A DNA stretch of 53,186 nucleotides from positions 1 to 53,186 of IMG/VR virus record IMGVR_UViG_3300034631_000070. One strand, 5' to 3'. The position numbers and the translations under genes are program-made. The DNA comes from a virus. Lineage: Duplodnaviria; Caudoviricetes. Positions within the stretch are counted from its first letter, which is position 1; the number at the start of each line of letters is the position of its first letter. The notes beneath the pieces are model-generated. The model made no database searches. It was not told where the DNA came from and saw nothing but the letters and a program-made list of their open reading frames with translations. Below are positions 18,519 to 28,730 of the stretch, piece by piece.

Positions 18519-19136
18519 TTAAGCCTTCAAATAGTCAGGAACTGTGTAGTTATTAGTCAGGTAATCACCAATTGGATCGGTAGAAGCCTTGCCGCTAGCA
18601 CTTCCGCTGGGTAGCTGCGTTTTGGTGGTATGAAAAAGTGCGGGAAGAAAAGGCTTCCAGGTTGCGGAAGCTTCGGCATACTCGCGCAGTGCTTTGCCAC
18701 CAACAGTGACGCTGTTGTTATCGGCGATCGCCAGTTCATCAGAGCAGCCCGTCAGGAGTTGTTCGAGAACTTCTGCAACAGCTCCAGACTTACTGGCCGC
18801 GCTCTGAATGAGAGAACGTTTTTCTGCTTGAGTTAATTTTGTTTCTGCTTCTTTCTTGGCGGCTTCTGCTTGCTCTACCTGAGTTCTGACTTGCTTCAAA
18901 TCGTCTGCCAGAACTTTCACTTTATTGGCAGAGGATTGCAGCTTTGCCTCAAAATCTTCCCCTTCAGCGCCAGAAGCTTCTAGGATGTGAGAAGTGAGTG
19001 TTTCAAGTTTCTGGTTTTGTTGCTCTAGCTTGCGTTGGTCAGCAAGCAACCCAGAAACTTTGCCCTGTATAGCTTTGATAATGTCGTCGGCATCGTCGAA
19101 GTCTGCTAATGCAGCGATCGCGTCTTTGTAGTCCAC
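18519..19136 (-). CDS. Capsid scaffold protein
   Basis: Coiled-coil, P.LF then Gly/Ser-rich tail; upstream of capsid. Confidence 0.7.
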   Translation of the reverse strand: MDYKDAIAALADFDDADDIIKAIQGKVSGLLADQRKLEQQNQKLETLTSHILEASGAEGEDFEAKLQSSANKVKVLADDLKQVRTQVEQAEAAKKEAETKLTQAEKRSLIQSAASKSGAVAEVLEQLLTGCSDELAIADNNSVTVGGKALREYAEASATWKPFLPALFHTTKTQLPSGSASGKASTDPIGDYLTNNYTVPDYLKA

Positions 19137-19184
19137 AAAAGCCTGATGGTTATAGTTCTAGGCTCATTGTGGGGCGCTAACTTT

Positions 19185-19382
19185 TTAAGATTCAGTCTCA
19201 GATTTTTCAGGGGATAGAACTATGAAGGATACGGCGATTGGCTTATCTTTAGCTGAGAACTCGACTATCTCCCCTCTGACGGCTTGCTTCTTCTCTACCG
19301 GACTCCCATCAGCAGCTTGGTAGTACACCAGCGCATAAGCCCCATTGTTAGGCGTTGACCCTTCTACTCGTTCAATTTTCAT
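19185..19382 (-). CDS. Small hypothetical protein overlapping the MuF gene end
   Basis: 65 aa, 11-nt overlap. Confidence 0.55.
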   Translation of the reverse strand: MKIERVEGSTPNNGAYALVYYQAADGSPVEKKQAVRGEIVEFSAKDKPIAVSFIVLSPEKSETES

Positions 19383-22300
19383 CAGATAACTCCTCTAGGC
19401 GAATTTGGATATCAGACTGTAACTGCCGACGCTTCGCTTCAAGCCTGGCAGTTCTTTGCCCAAATCGCCGCTCTTTAGCGGTGGCTCCCCGCTCTGCTGC
19501 CTCGCGTCGGCGTTGCAGTTCCCGCGTATTTTCTGCAAGCTCTCGGCGGAGAGTTTGCAAGCGAGAATCGCTTTCAATTTGCTGACGACGGCGTTGTTCA
19601 CGCTCCGAAACTGTCTGTCTCTCTGCTGCTTCTGCTTGTCCTTCTTCTGTGAGGGCAAACTCTGGCTCTTGCGAGGGTTGAGCGAAAGTAAGGAAGTCTT
19701 GCTTGACTCTCGCTCTCAGTTCAGTAAGTTGGGCTTGCAGTTCTTCTGCCGTTCGAGCTTTGCCATCAATTTCATAAATTAACGGTTGTGACAAATCGCT
19801 TTCTGCTCGCTGCTTGATGGCGGCACTATCTGCCAAGCCCTCTTCAATCCACTGGGCAATTTCTGCCCTTGCGGCGGTCAATTCTTCCTGGAAGGCATTG
19901 CGAGCGCGGCTGTAGGTTTCAGATTGGCTAATTATGGTGGCGGGGTCAGCTTCTTCGTCATCCAGTAAGATCCTCACGTACTCCTGATTCCAGGTCTCCA
20001 AATCGTTGAGTATCTTCTGGCTGTATTGCAGCAGATCGGCTACAGAGGTGGTTTCTGGCTTCTCCAGAAGTCGTTTAAGTCGAGCATCTGATGTGCTGCC
20101 TTCAGTCGCTGCTGCATCGCGAATCTGCTGCCACTCAGTAGCAAATTGCTCTGCTCTTTGCAGTGTTTGGCGCGAGACTTCGTTTGGATAATCCAAATCC
20201 TTTTCTAGAGCGGTGATTGTGCCGTTGATCTGACCGATAAGTTTGCTGACCCTTTCGGCTTCTTTACGCAGGCGGTTTTTAGGAGAATCGGATTGACCCT
20301 CATACACGATCGCCAAATCGGAGGGAATCTCCCCTGCTTCCCATTGCTTGGAATCAATCAGCAGTGCCACTACTCGCGGCGGATAGGTACGCAGGGCAAT
20401 CAAATTTCTCTCGATAATTTGTAAATTTCGCTCTACCTTGCTAGCCATGTTGTTCGATGCTGATTGCCGTTGCAGCACATAGTCGTCTGCTAACTTTTGC
20501 TGCTCCTGGCGCTTGGTGTTGAGGCGATCGCTATAGTTTTGCCTCAGAAGTCGATAGTTGTTAACTTTCTTAGGTAGTTTGCCTTGCGTTTGTCTCAGCG
20601 CCAGGGATTGCTCATACTGCTGGCGTTTGCTGGAGTCGAGTTGGTCTACCCTTGTGGGCAGCTTTTGAACACGGCGCTGCAAATCAGCAAGCTGACTGCG
20701 AGAGTTGCTGGCGCGGCGCTGTACCTCTTCCAAACTGCTTGCCAGTTGCTCCAGCTCCTGAATACGGGGTGCTAAATCCCTCCGGTGGAGTTCCTGGGGA
20801 GATACCACTGATAAATCGCCGATCTGTTCTCGGATTCGCTGCAATCCTCTCAAAGCCTGAGAGCGCTCTGGGGAACGGTCTGCCTCAATGAGTGACTGTT
20901 GAGCCTCGTCGAATGATCGCGTTAATCCGTCAATTTCTTGCTGAACTTGCTTGCTCTTTCCGTCAGATTTGAGAGTATCTCGGCGAGTAGTGAGATCACT
21001 TAATAGCGCTTGTAACTTTTGAGCCTTACTGCGGACAGCCGCTGCATCAGCTCCTGATTTCTCTAAGGCTCGGATTTCCCGGTCAATAGATTTTGCCTGC
21101 TTTTGCAGCGCTTTGATTTGCTGGGGAGCATTGTCAAAGTAAGGAACGCCTAATGGGTCGGCGATACGGCGGTAGTTGGTCTCTAGAGCCTCTACCTCTC
21201 GATTAGCTTCCTCAATGCGCTGCGATTGAATTCGGGCTTGTTCGAGGGCAGATTCTTGCTTACCCTGAAACTTGGCAATGGCTTGCTGTCCATCTGCAAT
21301 AGCCTTTCTCGCCTTAGCTGTTGTGCGCTGTTTAGCAGCCAAGACTTCCGCCTGTTGGCTGGCTTTTTGGATAGATTTGCTGACTTGTTCCGTCTGAATC
21401 CGCACATCGCTAACAATCTGAGGGCTGCGAGTATCTGGTCTACTTTCCGGTGGTGGGGCTACTGGCTTGGGCTTTTCTGGATGCCGATACTTGAGCATCC
21501 GAGCGATCGCTTCATACCGTGCAGGAGAAAAGCGTTTGAGGTGGTCTGGAGAAACAAAAAATTCTTTGACTGAATCGGCAAAGTCCTGTGCTGCCCCTGT
21601 TAGTCCATAGCCAGTCGTGGCACGCTCCTTCTGCATGGCTTGCCAGTACTCGGAGTTTTTTGGCGGTGCCAGACTTCCCCACTCTTGATAAGCCTTGAGG
21701 TAAGCCATCTGTCGGAGTAGTTCATCTTTTTTGGCTTGCCCTGAGTAGAAACTGACAGAGCCATCCTCTAAATTGACTGTTGCGGGAACCTTTGCGGTAG
21801 GCAGCTTGAGCTTTTTGCGCCAAAAGCGTTCGTAAGCATTCTGCTGCCGCGTTAGATAAATATTTTTGAGATTCCTAGTCAGCTCTGGAGGTAGATCCAA
21901 TCCGGCAAACTGCCGCAGCAGATCCAAATCCCGTGATGATTCTTTTAAATCACCGCTGCCGTGCCAGTTGACGCCAGCAAAGCGGAATGAATGCATTTCC
22001 TCTTCATCAGAGGCACCAGGGGGCTTGATGTTCTTAGAGGCGTTGGCAATAGGCTGAATCTCTTCATAGACTGCTTTGCGAAGCGCTTGCAGCTTGGGTT
22101 GAGGCGGAAGAGCCTGCTGATTAATTTCAGCAATTCGCTGGCGGATGCGTCCTTCTGCTAGCCGAGCGTAAGCCCTTTCTTCCGATTGAGATTGTTGTAA
22201 AGCAAGTTTGTAAACATTGTCGGCAATTCGCTTTTCTAGCTCCCTATGCTCTGTTTCTGTCAGATCTAAAGGAATGAGAGCAGGAGGTAAGGCAAGCCTG

Positions 22301-24309
22301 GGTAATTCACCTCGTAACACCTTTCTAGCTTCTTGTCCTTCTGGAGATGCCAGTAAAGGCTCGATTCCTGGCAGTGGAGCTGGTGTCTCATCCCAGATAT
22401 CGATCAGAAATTCGTCTAGTAAGTTTTGTCTTTGTTGTTCGGCTCTCTTAAGTTTTTCCTGGCGCTGTTGTTCTGTTTCCTGTTCTTGACGAAACTGCTG
22501 TCTTTCTAAACGTTCTAGTAACCCAAAGTGTTTATAAACTTCTAAAATGGCTTGATCGCTAGAAAAATACTCGTTAAGATCGTGACTTTTAACATCAGAA
22601 ATTTCAATGGTGTTTATAGGTAAAAATGAGCGCAATATATCCCCTGCCCCCATTAAGTTGATGTACTGTCCTGGAGAAAGATTGGCTTCAATAAAACCAA
22701 AGCCAGGGCTACCAAACGATAACCCTTTAACAGGAATATCCATCTCATTACAGAGGAGAATAGCTTCCTCAATAATTTTTCCTCCAGAGGAATAACCAAT
22801 AAAATTGGCAGGAATCCCATATTTCTTGTAATAAGCCGCTGCTGTTGCTGCAAGTCTGACAGCCGCAGGATTGCGACCACTGACAATTGCAGTAGATATC
22901 ATTTTGGAGACTGCTCTAGATGCGTGAAAAATGCCAGTAGGATCGTTTTCGATGGGAACTTCTGTATCAAATTCTGGGTACTCAAAAGCAACTTGATAGT
23001 CATCTTTGGGAAAAATGGCTTTAAAAACACCGTTCAGAACTGTTGAACCCTTACCTTTACGACCAAAAAAACCACCAACAATGAAAGTGATACCTCCTTT
23101 GTCGCTCAGGTCTAAATCTTTCAGTTCTGCTTCTAGGTCGGGAACCATGTTCTTCGCTATACGAACAGATTCTTTAATTCCCTGCCGATAGCGTTCTTTA
23201 GCGAAGTAATAGGCAGTTAGTGAAACACCAACAATCGCTGAACCAATTACTAAGTTTTTTAAAGCTTGATTAGTTTTTTCTTCTGGAACTGGAAACGGTA
23301 AGGGTAGGGCGTCTGATTTTTGTGGCAGAAGAGATGCCACTAATCCAGCTAGCGCTGAACTGTAACCCTGTTGCTGTACCTCTGGGTCTTGATAGCCTTT
23401 ACCCGGTATCCAGACAGGCTTGAGCGGTGCTAATCCTCCTGCACGTTCAAAGGGAGCAGCGCCGTAGTTGATCTGGTCTGGAGTTTTTTTCTGGCAATCT
23501 TGGGCGTGGCGAATAATCCAAGCATTGTCGATCAGCCCATTTTGCTCCCACTCAGGTTTCCAGGGCAGGTTGTAACAGCGGTCGTAGGGGTGGATGACTG
23601 CTGGTGCTTGCTCAATCGGGTAAACCTGCCCAGCACGGGCAGCACAGAATCCACAAACCCGCTCATCTTGGGTTGCAATCCGCTGGACGTATTCAATGCC
23701 ATTTTGCTTATAGGTGAAGCGAGTCGCGTTATCTGTTGCGTTGAGCGTCTCCGTGCGGACAATGCGCTCTGCCTGCCCTTTGGTAATCCCAAGCTGATTA
23801 CGCATCTCCCGCGCCACGCGCTGCACACCCCAACCTTGAATTAATCCCAGTTGAATTAACCCGGTTGCTCGATTGCGAAATTCTTCTGTGTGTTTAGATA
23901 AACGGCTAACAGAATCGCGTGCAGCAAAAGCTACTGCCTCAATAGGGACTGTGGCAGTAGCCTTGACAAAAGATTCCCCTTCACTAAGAGCAAGCAGTTC
24001 CTCTGCTAAGGTTGTCCCATTCTGGCTAGAGGTTTGTAGTAGTTGCTGAAATTCCCGCTCGTATTCGGCTCGATTGTTGGGGTTAACGAACGAAAGTAAA
24101 TCCTTCAGTTCGCTTTGAATCAGTAGCGCTCTTTGAGTCGCCAGCAGCGAGTCATTTGCCCCGATTGCGGGGTAAGTAGTCAGCAGTTGCGTTTCCAGTT
24201 GGGAATACGAATTTTCTAGTGCTGCATCCAATCGTGTTACAGCACTACTTTCCAGGTCAGCAGTTACTCGGTCGTACCGAGCAACAAGCGTGGCAGATGC
24301 TTCGCTCAT
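19372..24309 (-). CDS. MuF/SPP1-gp7 minor head protein with long multidomain extension
   Basis: AERIVRTE..DERVCGFC..P.IHPYDRC MuF motifs; then TM helix, GYSSG hydrolase, zincin-like segment, coiled coil. Confidence 0.88.
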   Translation of the reverse strand: MSEASATLVARYDRVTADLESSAVTRLDAALENSYSQLETQLLTTYPAIGANDSLLATQRALLIQSELKDLLSFVNPNNRAEYEREFQQLLQTSSQNGTTLAEELLALSEGESFVKATATVPIEAVAFAARDSVSRLSKHTEEFRNRATGLIQLGLIQGWGVQRVAREMRNQLGITKGQAERIVRTETLNATDNATRFTYKQNGIEYVQRIATQDERVCGFCAARAGQVYPIEQAPAVIHPYDRCYNLPWKPEWEQNGLIDNAWIIRHAQDCQKKTPDQINYGAAPFERAGGLAPLKPVWIPGKGYQDPEVQQQGYSSALAGLVASLLPQKSDALPLPFPVPEEKTNQALKNLVIGSAIVGVSLTAYYFAKERYRQGIKESVRIAKNMVPDLEAELKDLDLSDKGGITFIVGGFFGRKGKGSTVLNGVFKAIFPKDDYQVAFEYPEFDTEVPIENDPTGIFHASRAVSKMISTAIVSGRNPAAVRLAATAAAYYKKYGIPANFIGYSSGGKIIEEAILLCNEMDIPVKGLSFGSPGFGFIEANLSPGQYINLMGAGDILRSFLPINTIEISDVKSHDLNEYFSSDQAILEVYKHFGLLERLERQQFRQEQETEQQRQEKLKRAEQQRQNLLDEFLIDIWDETPAPLPGIEPLLASPEGQEARKVLRGELPRLALPPALIPLDLTETEHRELEKRIADNVYKLALQQSQSEERAYARLAEGRIRQRIAEINQQALPPQPKLQALRKAVYEEIQPIANASKNIKPPGASDEEEMHSFRFAGVNWHGSGDLKESSRDLDLLRQFAGLDLPPELTRNLKNIYLTRQQNAYERFWRKKLKLPTAKVPATVNLEDGSVSFYSGQAKKDELLRQMAYLKAYQEWGSLAPPKNSEYWQAMQKERATTGYGLTGAAQDFADSVKEFFVSPDHLKRFSPARYEAIARMLKYRHPEKPKPVAPPPESRPDTRSPQIVSDVRIQTEQVSKSIQKASQQAEVLAAKQRTTAKARKAIADGQQAIAKFQGKQESALEQARIQSQRIEEANREVEALETNYRRIADPLGVPYFDNAPQQIKALQKQAKSIDREIRALEKSGADAAAVRSKAQKLQALLSDLTTRRDTLKSDGKSKQVQQEIDGLTRSFDEAQQSLIEADRSPERSQALRGLQRIREQIGDLSVVSPQELHRRDLAPRIQELEQLASSLEEVQRRASNSRSQLADLQRRVQKLPTRVDQLDSSKRQQYEQSLALRQTQGKLPKKVNNYRLLRQNYSDRLNTKRQEQQKLADDYVLQRQSASNNMASKVERNLQIIERNLIALRTYPPRVVALLIDSKQWEAGEIPSDLAIVYEGQSDSPKNRLRKEAERVSKLIGQINGTITALEKDLDYPNEVSRQTLQRAEQFATEWQQIRDAAATEGSTSDARLKRLLEKPETTSVADLLQYSQKILNDLETWNQEYVRILLDDEEADPATIISQSETYSRARNAFQEELTAARAEIAQWIEEGLADSAAIKQRAESDLSQPLIYEIDGKARTAEELQAQLTELRARVKQDFLTFAQPSQEPEFALTEEGQAEAAERQTVSEREQRRRQQIESDSRLQTLRRELAENTRELQRRREAAERGATAKERRFGQRTARLEAKRRQLQSDIQIRLEELSDEN

Positions 24310-25763
24310 GTCGCATCATTTGCCTCTTGTTCTTGTTGCTGTTGTGGTTGTTTCTGATTAAATTCATCAGAGCTAAAAGGAGCTGAAGGCATCCGTTTCA
24401 TGTCTTCTTTCCTCTCCCGCTTGATTAATTCCCATTCAGCATCTGGATCGCTAATGCCTGCCTCGCTCATTGCAGTAGTACGTGATCGCAATCCGGCGTT
24501 GTAGTCGTCGCGGTTTACCTGCCTCTCTTCTGGAAGCGGCTTCCCGGTAGCTAGCTTTAGCTCAACAACTGGCGTGTAATTTGGCTCATCCAGCAATAAC
24601 AAGACGGTGGCAAAAACCTCGCTGAGAGCGGCTTCTACAACCTCCGAGTAACCCTCAAGGCGGGTTAAAAAGTCTTGTTTAACTGTTTCTCGGCTGATTC
24701 CTGACAGATTGCCATCATCGGATACCAGCAGGTGCCCTAAGCCAACTGAGCGATAGAAACAGGCGATATCAATATTTATAGAGTCGCCGAAAGTCTGAAC
24801 GCCGACAGGTTCCCGGTACTGAATAGAAGGGTTCGTATACCCTACAGGATTTCTTGGATCGCCCAAGGGTAATCCCTGAATGAAGGCAAGTTTGTTTGCT
24901 CCAAATTCTATTGCTCCAGGCTCAGTAACGAATCTTTCGCCACCAGGAGCGGAAGGGTCTTCTTCCCAGCGCCCCGGCATCTGGGCGTTTAGAATGACCC
25001 GCTCCAGAAAACCTGCCATGTTGTTATTGACGCTTTTCATTGTTAACGTCTTGTTGATGCTGTTCTGTGCTTGTTTGGCATCAATACCGAACAAGCAAGA
25101 ACTGCGTAGCTCAAATATTGGCAGTCGTCCGCCTAAATCAATTGTGTAGGGTTCTTTTTCAGCTTTGCCCTCCTGTACTTGAACTTCGCACTGCCCGTTA
25201 TCCAGGAGGGTGTATATTTCCTTTCCTTTGCTGTGACAGTAGGTAGCTTTGTAGAGGATGCCGTCGTCATCTCGTTCGGTGATTACTGATCCTGGTGATG
25301 GGCAGTGCAAAACGATCCGTTTCCAGGATTCTGATGCTTCTGCGTAGCGCTTAGGAGAATAGAGCCGCAAATATCCTGTTCCCGTTCCGTTACCATCTCC
25401 CCGGACAAGCATTTGGGTGACAGCTTCGGCAATCGGCTTTCCTTGATTTGTGTTTTGAGAGACGGCTAGATGCCTTTGCCAATCCCACCAAGATTGGATT
25501 AGAGCCTCAGTTTTTGATTCCTCTACCTTCTCTCCGTTAGTCCCTTTCAAATACCAATTAAACGGCTGTCCGATTAAGGCATCTCTATAATGATGAGCCG
25601 TCTCGCGGATCAAATTATAGGAGTGATAGACGCTCTGAAGTTGCGCTATGACATCGGAATACTTGGGGTGATTCTGAGGTGGGCGCGGCCCCGTCCAAAA
25701 CTTGAAAGTGTCTCCGGTGTAATAAGCCCAGTTTTCGTCCATGTCAGTTGAGAAGCTTCTCAT
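24306..25763 (-). CDS. Portal protein (SPP1-like rather than Mu gp29 type)
   Basis: Between terminase and MuF; YYTGD, N.IRE, LSG.SR, GLRSRTTAM..GI.DPDAEW..I..E. Confidence 0.8.
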   Translation of the reverse strand: MRSFSTDMDENWAYYTGDTFKFWTGPRPPQNHPKYSDVIAQLQSVYHSYNLIRETAHHYRDALIGQPFNWYLKGTNGEKVEESKTEALIQSWWDWQRHLAVSQNTNQGKPIAEAVTQMLVRGDGNGTGTGYLRLYSPKRYAEASESWKRIVLHCPSPGSVITERDDDGILYKATYCHSKGKEIYTLLDNGQCEVQVQEGKAEKEPYTIDLGGRLPIFELRSSCLFGIDAKQAQNSINKTLTMKSVNNNMAGFLERVILNAQMPGRWEEDPSAPGGERFVTEPGAIEFGANKLAFIQGLPLGDPRNPVGYTNPSIQYREPVGVQTFGDSINIDIACFYRSVGLGHLLVSDDGNLSGISRETVKQDFLTRLEGYSEVVEAALSEVFATVLLLLDEPNYTPVVELKLATGKPLPEERQVNRDDYNAGLRSRTTAMSEAGISDPDAEWELIKRERKEDMKRMPSAPFSSDEFNQKQPQQQQEQEANDAT

Positions 25764-25822
25764 TAACTGTCATGGATGGCAATTAAAAAAATCAGGCTTA
25801 GTTCTCAGGCCCCGCAATCAAA

Positions 25823-27310
25823 CTACCAGGCATCAAACGACGTTGAGCCTTGGCTTTTATACCCTTCTTCTTGATCGTTATTACTAGCGTGCCAAGCCAA
25901 AGCGGCAGCGATCGCCCCATCTCCATGCCGCTGCTTTCCATCGGTGCCGCGTTTGCGTTTGCTATCGGGCACTTTAGGTACGCCACGCTCAACGACAACG
26001 CATCTATGGTCAAGCAGTAAGTCAGAATCTTCCGGCAATAGGATTGAACGATCTTCAAGTGCTGACTTGTATTTGGGCATGTTCTCCAAATACCAGTTGT
26101 TCGTCAGCATGATTTGGCTGATGCGACTGATACCGTAGCGCTGCATCGCTACCTCAGCCAGATACTGACCATTACCCCGCGCATCGTGAGAGCCGCCAAC
26201 AAATCTCGGCAGGCGGTCTGCGAGGTAAAACAAAATTTGCTCTTGCTGTTTAAAAGGAACGTTCCGTAGTTCTAGACCGAAAGGGGCTTTCCTCACTAAG
26301 TTCGGTTGCTCTTGCAACGGAATGATGTAGGACAAGTCCCCTGATCGCCCAAAGTCCATGCCGTAGGAGGAGCGGAGATGGGGATGAAGTGTGTCTAAAA
26401 GGGGCGCGAGGTGAAATTCCAGCCAGTCTTGCATCTCCGAGAAACGCTCTTCCTCGGACTTGAGCGCAAATTCATCCGGCAAGCTGAGACGCAAAACCGG
26501 AGTCTCGGCGGACATACATTGCTCGACTAAAACTCTGGGGAAATAAACTCCTCCGCTGCGGCTGGGGATGCAAAAGAGTTCCTCGTCAGCATCATCCCCA
26601 AATTCCTCAATGGTTTGTTCCTTCCACTCTGCCTCTGCTTCTGCACTCCACTTCTTCCCCATTACCAGGCAAATGCGCCCGTATAATCCCTCTTCTAGTG
26701 CCCGGTTGAAGTCGGTGAAATGTCGTGAGTAGGGAAACTTGCCTTTGATGACATCCTGCTCTAGTTCGTAGTAAGGCTCTTCAATGCCGTTGTAGGTCGT
26801 AATGATATGAATATGACTGCCCCATAGTCGGAGCGCTTTACCAGCTTTGAATAAACCTGGAAAATCATCGTGGAAGGATGCCTCATCAATGACTACTCGA
26901 CCTTGGCGCGATCGCAGATTTCGCGGACTGCTGGAGAGGGCTTCGATCTTGTAGCCGGAGTTAAAGTGAATCCGGAAGACAAGGATACTCTTATCTTCGT
27001 CCCCATCCCGGAAAATTTCCTCATCTTCGTCGATTTGCGAAACAGCTATGTTATAGGCTTTTGCCCAATCAGCAGCATCCTCTACAAAGCCCCTGGACAT
27101 CTCCTTCTCATAGCCAATGTAGTAGGTGTTTTCGCCGTTGGTCTGAGCCGCTGCTAGAGCGCAATCGCTAGCCTCTGTCCAAGAAATTCCTATCCGCCGT
27201 GACTTTGTATAGAGCTTAATACCGCTCGTATCTGCCAGCCAGCGCTGCTGGTAGGGCAGAAGGATTTTCGGCACTTCTTCCGGTGCCAGTCCTAGTTCCG
27301 AGATTCTCAT
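25823..27310 (-). CDS. Terminase large subunit, Mu gp28 type
   Basis: LLPYQQRW, KSRRIGISW, VVIDEA, GMDFGRSGD, HGDGAIA. Confidence 0.93.
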   Translation of the reverse strand: MRISELGLAPEEVPKILLPYQQRWLADTSGIKLYTKSRRIGISWTEASDCALAAAQTNGENTYYIGYEKEMSRGFVEDAADWAKAYNIAVSQIDEDEEIFRDGDEDKSILVFRIHFNSGYKIEALSSSPRNLRSRQGRVVIDEASFHDDFPGLFKAGKALRLWGSHIHIITTYNGIEEPYYELEQDVIKGKFPYSRHFTDFNRALEEGLYGRICLVMGKKWSAEAEAEWKEQTIEEFGDDADEELFCIPSRSGGVYFPRVLVEQCMSAETPVLRLSLPDEFALKSEEERFSEMQDWLEFHLAPLLDTLHPHLRSSYGMDFGRSGDLSYIIPLQEQPNLVRKAPFGLELRNVPFKQQEQILFYLADRLPRFVGGSHDARGNGQYLAEVAMQRYGISRISQIMLTNNWYLENMPKYKSALEDRSILLPEDSDLLLDHRCVVVERGVPKVPDSKRKRGTDGKQRHGDGAIAAALAWHASNNDQEEGYKSQGSTSFDAW

Positions 27311-27831
27311 TGAGCAATTCCTAGGATTTGAGCGCGAATATTAGCGGCGGTTTCGTCGCTCATTCCTTTTGTCTTGAGAGTCGCTGCCACTTTGTCAGCA
27401 GTGGCTTTAGCTTTCTCCAGCACTTCCGCCCGGAAGCGCTTCACTGTCACACTAGAGCGATTTAGGGTTGCAACCGTACGCCCCAGTTTATCTAAGGTAA
27501 GCTCTCCGTCATTCTCTAGTTCTAGGTCTAATAAGGCTTTAAAGATTTTCTGTTGAGTCAGTCGAGTGAGGGCATCAGCCAGGTCGTTCTCATCGTCGCC
27601 GACTGTTTCTGTAATTGCCTTCGCCTGCTCGGTGACTATCTTCAGGCTGTCAAGTTGCTCCTGGAACTCTTTCCCGTAGCGATGGATAGCTGATTTAGAG
27701 ATAGAAAAACCCCGCTCGTTCAGCCACTCCGCTAGTCCCTGGTAGTTGGAAAATCCGCCGCTTATGAGACGGCGATCCAAATCAAGTCTTATTTCTTCTG
27801 GAAGCTGGAGAATTGTTGAACGGCGGGGCAT
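27307..27831 (-). CDS. Mu gp27-like (DUF3486) putative small terminase
   Basis: MPRRS.I..LP..ISKSAIHRYG..IR..ILGI. Confidence 0.9.
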   Translation of the reverse strand: MPRRSTILQLPEEIRLDLDRRLISGGFSNYQGLAEWLNERGFSISKSAIHRYGKEFQEQLDSLKIVTEQAKAITETVGDDENDLADALTRLTQQKIFKALLDLELENDGELTLDKLGRTVATLNRSSVTVKRFRAEVLEKAKATADKVAATLKTKGMSDETAANIRAQILGIAQ

Positions 27832-27881
27832 ATCGTTGTTTCGCTCATCACCCCAATGATGTTGCCGTTATACTAAGAAAA

Positions 27882-28295
27882 TCAGTTCTTCTTCTGTGCG
27901 GCTTCGATGATTTTAGCGGCATATCTCGGATTGATTTTGTATTTCCGAGCCAGATTACCTGTAGTTTCTCCTTCCTTATGGTGCAACCGAATTACGGCAT
28001 GTCTCGCCGATGCACGAGCCGATCGCGCTGTTGGGAATCTCAGGTAGTCGCCGCCGTACTCGCCGCACAGCTTCGTCGTTGCTACTTCTCCTATAAGAGG
28101 GATTAGACGATGCTCGGCTTTAACTTTTTTCGATATATAAAGCTTTTTGCCTGCCCAAATCTTGAGAAGAATCATTGTCTTCTCGAAACCAATTAAGTCA
28201 AGCAATTCATCCATCGACGACGGTAGATCTTTCTGGTCAATGGCATTCCAAATTTCTTGTTGCGTCTCTTCTTCCACGACTGTCACTACGTTCAT
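27882..28295 (-). CDS. Mor/C-family late transcription activator
   Basis: LIG......L...GG..L.FP..R..I....G.....LARKY. Confidence 0.85.
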   Translation of the reverse strand: MNVVTVVEEETQQEIWNAIDQKDLPSSMDELLDLIGFEKTMILLKIWAGKKLYISKKVKAEHRLIPLIGEVATTKLCGEYGGDYLRFPTARSARASARHAVIRLHHKEGETTGNLARKYKINPRYAAKIIEAAQKKN

Positions 28296-28442
28296 TGGGG
28301 GATCTCTTATAAGGTTGCTTTTCCTCCCCCGTTTTATCCAGGCTTAGTTTTTTCGTGGAGTCGGGAGGTAGATTAAATCTATCTTTTGGCTGATTGCGTG
28401 TCGTATGTATGAATACTGACTTCATAGACTCTTCATCTATAT

Positions 28443-28472
28443 AAAAAAATCCCTAACCTGCAAAGGCTAGGG
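28443..28472 (-). terminator. Probable intrinsic terminator
   Basis: CCCTAACCT/AGGCTAGGG stem followed by U-run on minus strand. Confidence 0.5.
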
Positions 28473-28500
28473 GAACATTCTTTATTGAATTTCGTAACAT

Positions 28501-28728
28501 CTAGCCTGCTAATGCTCGCCTAATTTGAACGACAGTTTGCCAGTTGAGGCCTAGAACTTTAGCTACTTCCCTAGGATCTTCTTCCTCATCAAAATCCATC
28601 ACCGATAGAGCTAGTTGATAAGGTTCATCTAGCAAGGGAATAACAACCTGATAGGATTTTATGTTTTGGTGGATAAATTGCAGGCGATCACTTGCAAGGC
28701 GAATTTTGGATGCTGTGGATTTGTTCAT
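28501..28728 (-). CDS. Small HTH protein
   Basis: C-terminal PREVAKVLGLNWQTVVQI. Confidence 0.6.
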   Translation of the reverse strand: MNKSTASKIRLASDRLQFIHQNIKSYQVVIPLLDEPYQLALSVMDFDEEEDPREVAKVLGLNWQTVVQIRRALAG

Positions 28729-28730
28729 TG

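Noticed and set aside
21490-21990. Active metallopeptidase toxin in MuF
   Set aside because: HExxH is absent (RQMAY at the expected place), so at most an inactive fold
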